Positions 39,701 through 51,700 of a stretch of 64,000 bases of DNA are shown in pieces. The position numbers and the translations under genes are program-made. The notes below the pieces were generated by a model. That model saw only the letters and a list, made by a program, of their open reading frames with translations, was not told the origin of the DNA and searched no databases. Source of the DNA: Ophelia neglecta. Its lineage: Eukaryota. Within the stretch, counting starts at the first letter, position 1; each line of letters starts with the position of its first letter. Location: NCBI GenBank assembly GCA_965285935.1, contig OZ260664.1, positions 79,980,001 to 80,044,000 on the forward strand. Direction: 5' to 3'.

Positions 39701-42700
39701 CTCAGTCAACAATCAATGATGCCAACCATTAAGGGAAACATTTTGCTTTGTTAACTGGTAATTACGGACTCTTATTGTCCCAGGAGGAAATTTCCTTTTA
39801 TCTGCTGATAATCTTTAAGGTATCAGATTGTTGTAAGCACGTGTCATAGGTAGATTGACCAAATGATTTCACCAACAACAATAGCAGACTAAATGTACAT
39901 TTTCGCCTTGACAACAGGGCACAGGATGAGAGAAGTAGACACGCAAATTATCTATACAGACCTGATGGTAATGACATAATTCATTGCTAATTAGCTGGCC
40001 TTAATAAGGTGCCACAAAACATTACAGATTGGATTAACCCATGTCAGGATAATGCAGGGAAACCGTGTAATTACTGGAATGTGTTCATCGGTCATATGGG
40101 AGGTGCTCTCCCGGAGTACTTCTCCAGAAAATCTAAACTTTATATGCAGATCTCCAACTAACCCTCCTATTAAAGACGTAAAGACAGTGCTGTACTCTTA
40201 AGTGGGATACTCTCAAGTGGGATAAAATGACTATAGCCAATTGACAAGTTCCTGTTTGCTTTTGTAACTCAAAGCCTGAAGGCATGCAAAATGAAAGGCC
40301 CGAATAACTTACCAAATTTCTTGAGCTTAATATAAGAAGCAAGAATAGGTCCCCGAATGGTGCAGGTTGTTATGAGCCTGAATTCAGAAGCAAAGCGTTA
40401 TCCATGGCTATTTTCCGTAGTCTTTTCGTCTGTTTGAGCTCTCCGAATAAATCAAAAGAAATCATAGAGCAAAATCAAAGGAAACCTTTCCCACATCCCT
40501 GTAGATTAAAAAAGGCAGTTCAGTGTGTGTGTACATGGGAAGACTATAAGTCGCCTGATAACATATTTCAATCAACCTAGGGAATCTCATCAACTCCTTG
40601 TTTGTATTGTCCATGCGATAAAATCCCACTGATATACTCTACTTTCAGGACAGGCGGAAGATTAGCCGATATAAGGAGTGGGTGTATTCACACATTACCT
40701 GAATAGGACAATCGTGGCATGATTCCCCCTTGCACGCCAATATTATATTAGCTTGTATTTGTGTGCTAAGCTAGAAAGATGAACTCTTGTGATTGATTTA
40801 ACTTCCAATGTTAAAAGGAAACGTGATATACTCTATCAAAATCGTATTTATAAGTATGTTTGTCAATGCCCTTATTTCCACAGTTTCACTGATGTTGCCG
40901 TCTCTAATATATGTATGTGCGTAAAACTGACTATAAAGAAAAGCCTCAAGATTGTAGAATATCAAATATATTGGACTTTTGCAGCTGCTTTCAGAAAGAT
41001 ATAATTTTTCAAAACATCTGCTTGTATCGTTGAATATTCCCCTACCTGACCACACTTACATAACTTTCAAGTTGAAAAATGACGACAGCACTTCAAGGGT
41101 ATTCATTTTTCCCAAGGCTGCTAAATTTCTGTCCCTCAATCACCTGTAATTGTCTATCAAAAATATGTTCTCTCTCATTCTTTCCGACTCATATTAGTGT
41201 TTCATTCTTACTGGTTTCTAAAACTGTAAATTCTATTCCTAACTTTACCCAATATATATTTTTATACTTTTTTTGTAAGTTATGTAATTGAATGATATAA
41301 CCATATAAGGTACAACCTTTACTAAATAAGTGGTGGTTTTTATGTTAAAGATCTATTGCTGCCATAAGAAGGGGGCCAGTGTCCGCAAATCCACTAAATT
41401 GTGTTTCATATGTTCACGTGAGGCAAATTTCCTGTTTTATTCACGTAAGTGCAGGTGGTAATTCCCATTAGAATAGTGGCCTAAACACAAGAAGCTGTAA
41501 GAGTTTGGAGCCTTCACCCAGGTGCTAGGTCAATTCAGTCGCCAGGACATTCTATGGGGCACTTAACTACGAGACGGTGAATTTAAAACCCTGAGGCAAA
41601 GCACCCACCCTCTCAGTGATAAAATGATAACATCGAAAGAGGAAAAGGAAGAGACTACAAGCACAGATGGCTTAGGTTAATTAATTAATATTTCTACAAT
41701 GCTGTTGTATTGGTCAAAGCTAGCACAATATTCACGCAGTATGACACACGGTGGCTGTTATTGCATTCTCCGCCTAACTTCATTGCGAAACAGAATAGTT
41801 AATGTCTAGTGTAAGACGTGACAACGCAACCAAAAACGGTCCAAACGTCTTTTATCGTCACACAAAAGCCCCGTTGTAAGAATACGAAATAAAACGTGAA
41901 GCGGTGCACTTGCCCCCATATGAGGAAAACAACGCTTACTTGTTGATACAGAATGAAATTGATCTATAAACGATTTCAATACTACAACACAACGAGGTTA
42001 TTACCTAAAGAAGCAAACAGGTACGGATACATGGCAGACAAAAAACTACGATCATAAAATAGTCCGAATTCACCAGCGACCGCTAGCAGCGCCCCTACCC
42101 ACACACAACACAAACGTCCTCTCCAATAACTGCAAATGAATTGTATGTTTAAACAAGAGATGATGATTAAATATGAGATCAATTTCAAGAAGCAGTCTGT
42201 TTCCCATATACGATCCAAACAACGAGCAAACAAATCATAGAAAAATGGTAAAGTATTATGTGACAGTGGCAGATTCAGGGGGGGGGGGGGGGGGCTGGCC
42301 GCCAGGGCCTAATTCTGAACGCACGCAAGGTGGTTTCAGAGGGTTGGTAACGGGGACAATGCAGACATTTGCCTTGTCAGCCTTGGAATTGCCCCCCCCC
42401 CCTTCCTAAAATCCTGAATCCGCCATTGCGCAAGTAAAGTTGGTGATGGTTTTGGAGACCACCTCAGCTTAGTAGGTTTAGGAGACATAACTGGAGAAGC
42501 ATCAACATATAACTTTTTCGCACTTTCTGTTCTGGCCACACAACTGACCAATCAGTGTGATATGTGCAACTACACGGCAAAGACAGGTAGTGTCTTTATC
42601 AATGTAAATCCATCCATTTTAATTTTAATATTCTTTTCGTTGCAAACTTATGTGTGGGAGCCGAGGATTGATGTCTGCGTGCATATAGCTGACCATACCT

Positions 42701-45700
42701 GCTGATTTCGAAACTTGTAATGGAAATGTTTGATTAATAATTACCCTTTGTCTGCCTGGTATCCACTCCTGATTTAAAGAGCCCTAAAGAATGATTGGCA
42801 TATGTATAACAAGATTAGTTATGAAAATATGTGCCTTAAAAAGGTGCGCAAACATTTAGTCAGCTATTGAAAACGGGTGGGCTGAATGTAAATTTTGTCA
42901 AATAGAGAACAGCGGTGTTTATAATTAGCCCTAATCTGTACTGATCCAAGTGATCAAGGTAGATATGTTTTATACTTGTGCCTTTCTTTCTTAGGTAACA
43001 GAATTGACAATGGTCGAGCAATGTTCTCGGACTATATAACACAAACTGAAGTTGCTTAGTGTTTGGTTCATGTGTAAATACTCGGAATTTTGATTTATTT
43101 AGTAGATAGGTCACCAAACCCTAGGGGTAAGACAGCCTAACATATAATGAGAGTTTTCACTTCGACTCCCTTTTTCCATTTGGTCATTCATTGGCTATTT
43201 CATAATGGTGTTCACAGCTCCAAATTTAGACCCTGATTGTCATCTGCTCTTCAGACAGTCACTGTTCGTAACTTCTTTACCTGCCAGAGTCTCCTGCCAG
43301 ATTTACGTCCAGTATTTCAACTTGAAGATGAGCGGGTGGTGATTTTTGACCGACAGTAGCCAAGTTGTTTCGAGGGTAAGATTCCAAATTGTTTCTAAAA
43401 AAATGTACGCTTCTGATGTACGGGCCCTGCTTAATTACAAAGAACTGTAGCTCGTGGAAATGTTCCAGCGACTCAACACCCTCATGTCCTTTTTTAAATA
43501 TAATGTCTTGTTTTCAGTCTTTTTGATTATTGACGTCCTTTGCGATGTTGAGTTGTGTGGCTTTGTTGCATTAACAGATGCGTAACTTACCTACCTAAAA
43601 TGGCTCACATAATAAGCAACTCACTACAGATATTGATCAATTGTTGAACGATATCCACGCTCGACATCTTTCCCTCCCACACTTTCTTTTGGTCTGAATA
43701 AAACACCCATTTTATTCCAGTTTATATATAATGATCAAGCAGTCTAAACAGTGCTGGATACGTAGCACATCGTGCATATCCTGATTGCTGTTTCTTCATG
43801 CCTGACGATTCTGTTGATCATAAAGTATACTGCATTAGGTTGCGGATGTTACCACATTCTCGCGATCATCCATCACTTATATTAAAGACACATAAAAAAG
43901 GGAAAGAATGACTAAATGCATTAGCAGGCAGTGAGGTGCGGCTGATATATGGTTGATTTTATCATATGCCATTGACCAGTGATACTCTTTGGGCAACCTG
44001 AAGTCACTGGGACATTGTATCGGACTCTGCATGGGATAGATCCTACGGCCTCCAGGCTTGCTTGAAACATTAAAAAGAATGATCATTATTCCTTAAAAAT
44101 CATGCTAATTGTGGCAAAGGAAGACTATCAGTCACAGATTAGGACCTATAAGGCTCCTGATAAGAACGCATTTCCATCCCGCAGCATGCATAGTAGCAAA
44201 ATGGAAATATCATGAACACCAGTAAACTTTGTACAGAGAGAATTGAAAATTGGCAGTCATGGTTAATGGGGAAATAGTATAGACTATCAACTGCCTTACA
44301 TCCGGAGAAGGCGCATAGAACCTACGAGAGATTCAAATGGAACATCACAGCTATGGACATGTTAATGATTAAAAGTATCTATTTGTATTTTTGTCTTAAG
44401 AAAAAAATCACGTACAGATTGCTAGTCTGTCAAGTAAGGTGATACTTGAAACATTGTGGTCAACAAGAGACGTGATAACTTAACGTGTTTGCTAGTGATG
44501 GTGATAATGTTGCCACAGCTTAATTACTGCCCTGTTCGTCTGAACAATGCAATGATAATTACTATCACGAACATACCATGCTTTCTCTTGAACTTGTTTC
44601 ATTGTTCACTACGAACTATGCTTAGACAACAGACCATTTAGTCTTAAATAATGGGTTGAAACAATACAATTGAAAGTTGGTAGTTTAAGGATCCAATGTA
44701 CTGTCTTATAACAAACGGTTAACGATGTATCATTGGTTTTATTTTGACACTTCTGTCTATAGGGCCAAAGATCACTGGTATCGCTGGTGGTACCATGTCT
44801 TGGCGTTTATAACTTCCCCTTATCAACAGTATATAAGGGATCCCGACACAAATCGGTATTTTATCTTGTTAACATGACCTTGATCCATTGACGACTGATA
44901 TGAAATATGCTTTACTCTGATTAGCATTCTAATAACAGCCAACAGTTGTGTATACCACATACTTTAAGTGGTACTCTGTTGCAATAAACAGTGGCTGTTT
45001 GATAAAGTGATAACCACACGAAAGATCAACGCTAGTTTGTTTTGTATGGCACCATAAACGCAAGCATGCATCACATAATAGCGTTGATATATCACTTTAT
45101 TATTCCAACCATTAAGTAACTGAATTATACATGATATTCAACGGCTTGTGTTCCATTGATACCCTCACACTATACCTGCGTCCAACACACTGTGCAGACT
45201 TTCAACGGATTCCACCCACGCATGAAATGTTGGAATTCCCTCTATTGTGATTCAATGTCGTTTGAATATGTAAATTGTGACCTCCGTGATAAACAATAAG
45301 AACAATGTAATAGGTTTCTTTTTCTTCAAAATGAAACAGTAAAGTTGAATATCAAACTAAGATGCAACGACTGTGTTCCATATTGCGCTACATTTGTTCA
45401 CCATGTGTCACACTCTAGTGATGAAAAATAGTGCTCTAAGGAAGAAACGATTTTTTAGGAGAGAAAGATTCCATGGTTATTTTCCCGATTTTGACCATAT
45501 TAACTAAACATTTGGTCATGTTCTCGCGACACCTTGGGCAAACTTGCACATATTGTGTCAGACACTTTTGATGAATAGCGTACCTAAAGTCGCATTTTTC
45601 TACACAATCAAAGTGGTATAATGGACCGTGGAGCTTTGAACGTCAGTGTAATGTGGTACCGCGACTCCGTGTCCGTTTACACTCTATTTTGGCAATAATC

Positions 45701-48700
45701 GCCAACTTTTATTTACCTGTCACTCGTGTGATATTGAATATAATGGACACTTCACCAATTCCAATTGCTTTGTATCAATTAGAAAATCATATCTCCGCAT
45801 CATCAATGCAATAAAGGACGACATTCTCCAGTCTTTTCCGTTTTATTGTTAGCTCTCATACCAATAGTTTTGATGTCCAGGTATCTGTCACTGCCAGACC
45901 TGGATCGGATTTCCTACTTACTGGTAACTGGTGACATGGTCCAAGGGCGTTATTTAGCAAAAGAGATGGTCATAAGGTTAATGACAGCGTCAGCCAAATG
46001 GATGCAATGGGATGTGCATATGCAGTTATCTGATTATTTATTGGACATTTAAATTGCAGAATAAGGTGAACAACCGCAACTAAGCTTTATCATATTGAAA
46101 ATGTTTGCTCGGTTTATCCTGTTTCGCTTGTGTGGGGAAAAAATCTTCATTTGTCACTTCAATGGCTTACGATATTCAGTCCTGTGTGCTATGCACAAAA
46201 CACAGTATACACAATCTTCTATTGAGATAGGTGAGACCATTTATATATTCATAATAAGATTGAATTATTCTTGGGTGGGTCCATTTTTATAAAGAAATGT
46301 ATATAAATGAATGTAATACAAGCTAAAATGAATTGATCATATGTGCCCATGGCTAGTAACTTGAGCCAATATTTATATTTTTATCTAAATGACGTTGACG
46401 TGGATGTTTTGAGTTTGAACAGTAAAGTAAAAACATCAGCGACCAAGTTTCGTGATTCCCAGGCAATTCTATTGGTAAAATATATCAATATTTCTTGCTT
46501 GAGTACAAAATGTCACAACAAATGAGAAATACAACACAGTGGGTTTGTTCTCTCACTTAAAGGGCATAACTTAATGGGCCACTGCTGATGTTCTATTATG
46601 CTTTCAATACACATTTTATATTAATAGTGAGCCTTTACACCAGTCATACCACTTATTACCTCTACTTAAAAATTAACGTGAACAGTATGTTTCGTTCAAA
46701 AGGACATTCAAATTCAAGAACAGGTGGAATTATATGATCAAATGTGGTGGTATTCCACTCGCACGACCCACTAATTTGATAGTGACCTCACCGGGTACGA
46801 CCTAAATACATTCATAGAATGTTCAAACTGGGTGGTGCATTTTCATCAAATGTTCTTGTGCACTTAGCCACCATGACAAGTCAGGAGGTAAAGGAACATG
46901 GAAGAGGTGCCTACAGGTATTAAAAAGTCTTCCGAAGACTTCTGTGACCTTACACCGTGGTCTTTACAAGGGACATAAACTGTCGACAGTTGCGACAGTG
47001 GACGAAGAATTGACACTGTCTTTTACAACATAATTGCCGTAATCCAAACAATATAAATGGTTCTTGTGGATACTTGGAAGCCCTAAAATAGCCTTCTGGC
47101 AATTTGAGGGTTCTGACCAAGACCTCCCCGAAGTTATTCCTGCATGGATTGGCACAATAACATTAGGATCAAGGGGTTATGGACATAGCATAAAGTCGCC
47201 CTCGGTATGTGGCTAGGCCAATGTTGACCGAATGAGTATTTAGAATGGACAAACTGGAATTCTTTCCGTTCAAAATGGTAGTTTACAGTTGGTATGACCT
47301 TCAATTACATATATAATCTTCTTGTATAAATGGGTTAATAAATTATTAGAAAAATCCATTAAGACTGTTTGTTTGTCTAGGCAAACTGGGTATTACCAAC
47401 ACAAAATGCCTAACCTGTGTCGTTTAAAAGTTGTTCACAACCCTAGCCGCTTTACCGTAGCTTGATTCAATTAAGGTGAATTTTGGTTGAGACTGTTTAT
47501 TGACCAGCGTTTGTCGCGAGTCTAAGGCGCCATTTTTATCCTAAGCTAGCAAAAGAGAAATGCATTACAGAAACAACCTAAGCTGAAATCGTATCATACA
47601 CTGTTTATTATACATCGTCGTATATACAATGATACGCCATATCAGTAATAGTATAAGCAAAAATAATAGAGCTCAACTTCGCGGGCGGTGCTCGTAATGA
47701 ATCGAAGTACCACTATTTGCATTTCTAGTCTTTTAGGCATTTTTTTTATCTTTATCTACTGGGTAAAACAAACAACAAAGAAATATGCCACAAACAGGAT
47801 CAAATTCTTGCAAGAATTTAAACAACACATATCTTTTAAGCGTTGTACTTTTCATTATTTAAATCTGGATTGCAAAGGAACACATCCGTCCTTGCCAAAA
47901 CATGATGAGCATGCAGACTATTTGAACAGCCCGTCCTTTTTGTTTTATAAGCAGTTCATGGAACATTTCAATGATCTCTTTTTTCATTTGGAGCTAAGGC
48001 GCTATCAGAGTTGTACGTTAAAGGTGGACACTTACCTGGTAGTGCACGATAGCGTCAATGGCTCTGTCATACCCCTCGGTGGAATAAACGCAAAGCGCCG
48101 ACAACAAATCTATGATCTGCTTTTTGACCGTTGTGCTGTTGTTCTCCAATGCTGAATAAAGAAGTTACATTAAAAATGATAATGCGATTTTGAACATTTA
48201 CAAACACATTTTATTACTTATAAACATACCATAGCCATTTAATATTTCAACATACTTATAGTCTTATTAGACAAGAAAGGTACATTACATTTGGAAATAT
48301 ATATCATACTTGTATGAGAGAATATTACACGGTTTGGAATTGGGAAATATTCCCGCGACTTTTTCTTGGTAAAAATAAACGAAATAATTCTATCAGGCGT
48401 GAGTTTCAAATCACATTTTTCAATTGGAAACGTTATTCATACATGGATGTCCATATATGCTTTCTGACCGGGTCAGGCTATGATCAAATAGGTTCTAAGC
48501 CAAAGGCTGTTGACACAAGCTTTTATCATGGGCTTGGGTTTGTCTTTTACACGAACGTTGGTTTCCGTTTGCACAAAATATTGACATGGTTTCTGTCCAT
48601 ATTTCCCGACATTGATACGTATAAACAGGTACACAATACATATTTCTGCTAAAAAGATGGCCACACCCTTTGCTTTGGACAGTTTCAATAGATATATAAA

Positions 48701-51700
48701 AATGTCCGACTTGTACAGGAGTAAAAATTTTATATCTTTAATGCAATGATTGTTGTTATTTATAGACAGATATATAAAGAGAATCCATGATACATATGAT
48801 AGACTGTAGCAAATTCGAATTGATTGGTCTTTCAGCTGCAAACACATTCATCCACAAGGTTAAATGCAGATGTTTTACATAGACCTACATCATAGTTAGG
48901 GCCCAAGACCACATAACAAGATATATCTGAGGTGGCCAAATGGACCATTCAGTGGCCGTGGCCAAAGACCTGCCCCTACCATCATCTGAACAGAGTATGT
49001 CGTAGACGTGCTATTTAGATGAATGACGTGCTTAGTGGTGATTTTGCTACCTCCAAATGGAAGTAATAACAAGTAATCTGCTTTACAATGTCGCATGGAC
49101 AACACATGGCCACTAACAGGTCAAGTTTCCTATGACCAGTAAACGTGTAGCGTAAACCTCAATATGAAAAGGAAAGACGATAAATTACATTGCATTTTCC
49201 GTCTGCGTAAAAGTTTGGTGTACCTGTATGTTCAAACGTAGGCCGACACCAATTTTTGCACATAAATGCACATAAAAAAGTATAATTTTCTAAGGAGCCC
49301 TTCTACTTTTGGTAGACATAATCAGTTGTGCCAGGCACTTCCTTTTTTCTGACTTCAAGGCCTACGTTGTACTTCTCATCACAAATGTTTAGAGAGTGTA
49401 AAGAAAATACACGGTCAACGATCCGAGACAATTACATTTGCAGTACTTTCTTAATAAGAAAGGACCACCTAGCAGGTTTTTTGAAACGGAATTTAACATT
49501 TCAAACACCAAATTCGGATGTAGGTGACAAAGTTACGTTATAAGAGTCGTGTACCAGCTAATAGTACTTGACATGGCGTTATAGAAACTCACGAATTACA
49601 ATTAAGGAGAAGGTTGGGTAGAGAACGGGATCATGCATGTTTGTCAGTGAGTCTGTAAATGGCATTTTAGGCCTTAGTTTTATAACAATTATGTGATAAG
49701 GAGCATGTTAAATACATATGGCAGATTAATTATTATAATGCAGTTTACTTGTGTCAATTGTATTTGATGGGGTATTTACAGTAAGAAATGCATTCAGATG
49801 AATGATAAGATAAGCAGTACGTAAACGGCACAACAGCTATCCCTTTTCTTGTGATGTCAGGTCACTTAAGCCACTTAGTTTATTGCTATAGGGAGAAACT
49901 TAATTGTATCATTGAGATATCAACAAAAGATGCCATGACAGTGTTTAACAAAGAAGAGACTTAATAGGTTTTCTTTTTGGCGGTACAGTAGAGAATTAAA
50001 ATATTGGTGGCACAAAACACTGGCATAATATCGTGTTACAACTTCGCTGGCCAGTGTATGAATACGAATTCCAAACAAACAAATAGTGCGCGTCTTGAAG
50101 TTTTGTTTAACGTTCGTCAAAATGCTAACTTGCGCAGACCCTGCTGTTGGCAGCCTTTTCTTTTTAGCTGTTCAATTTGCAACTTCAATTTTAAACAGTA
50201 TCACGAACACTATTCATCAGTTTTGTAGGTAATTTATGCCATAAAACAAGAACAAATAAGGAAATGCGTTAGTCATTATTTGTCCGAGGTTGAAAGTTTC
50301 CACAATATAAGTTTGGGAGCAACTAAGGACTATACAACGGATGACCCCCCCCCCCCCCCTCTCTGTCCTCTCTCCTCTCTGTCCTCTCTCTCGGGCTAAT
50401 GAGTCTCAGCTTAGTTAACAGAGGTATTTGAGAACAATCACAGTCGCTTCATGAATTTAGCGCGGAAGTAATATATTCGAAAATCTTGCATTGAGCTGTC
50501 ATGTCTATTCTTTCTAATGGCGCGCTTCGTTTTTTCTTTATCACTAATCGAAATGACCTGTTCCACAATGACGAGTGTGTTTGTGTCGAAGTGGACGGGG
50601 AGTTCATACGACGAGTTTTCGAATGTATACAAATGCATTATATACTATGGGGTGCTTTAGGAAACTAAGTAAAGAACTAGCTGACAGTAGTGTGGGTTAA
50701 ACCTAGCATGAACAGCCTTTGGTAAAACTACAAGTATATATGCACAGTCATTTTATCGCGCAAATCTCGACATAAATGACTTCATGGTGTGCTTGGTGCC
50801 CCATTACAGCACATACGAGTTGGCTGTGGTATAAGGTATATTGGTGCTTTGGATTTCGCCATTTTTCCGTAAATGGTGAAGGGGATATGTCGTCTTCTTA
50901 ATTTTAACAATTCCACACTTGATTGACTATTTCGTGTTTAACATGATAATCAAACGGGTTCAATAACAATGATTTGCAGATACCAAAATGAAGAGCATTC
51001 TGATAATTTTCTTTTTCCGATCCGATCTCCGCGTTCACCATAATCAATACGTCAACTAGGGTAATTAAAACATTACAGAAGTCCACATGATGACTTGACT
51101 CCGGCTGTTAACAACAATGTTCACCCCTAAAAGGAAACTCGATACCGGTTTTCTACCAACAACGTGACGATAAAGGTGTCCGTTGCAGATGGTGCCAGGA
51201 CACTCTGACAACTCAGTCATTGTTTTGTCTGTGCAGCACGATCAATCAACCGAACTATTTTGCCAAATCACGTAAAGAGAGTTTGAAGAAAAACAATTTT
51301 CGAAACCAAACTCAACCAAGTGTGAACTTTTACAATTGGTCGATGCATGCGTTTATCTCAATAGTTTGAGAAGCTTGAACTCGATCAATCGAACGGCCGC
51401 TAGCAATTTTGTTTAAACTTTAGCTTAACGCAATTTAAGTCAGTACAGTGTCGTCCATTTATGAACCAGGTTAGATTTTTTACACTATTTACAGGTGGCA
51501 AGAAAACAAACGGCCATTTATTTAATGAATCAACATTGCCTGTATTATCAATCAACCTCAGGCTGCATTCTTGTATTAAAAGTGTATATTCTCTTGCACC
51601 ACCTTGAAATACGCTGTCGTAATAAGTCATAATAGACCTTCGATGTTAAACTGACCATAATATCATTTAGATGATTTGTTACAATAATTGGTAGTTTAGC

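Noticed and set aside
47688-48155. 155-aa + strand ORF
   Set aside because: Non-ATG start, AT-rich low-information sequence, overlaps a formin exon in antisense.
48600-48860. SKAKGVAIF as a LINE endonuclease relic
   Set aside because: A single weak motif with no supporting flanking motifs readable.
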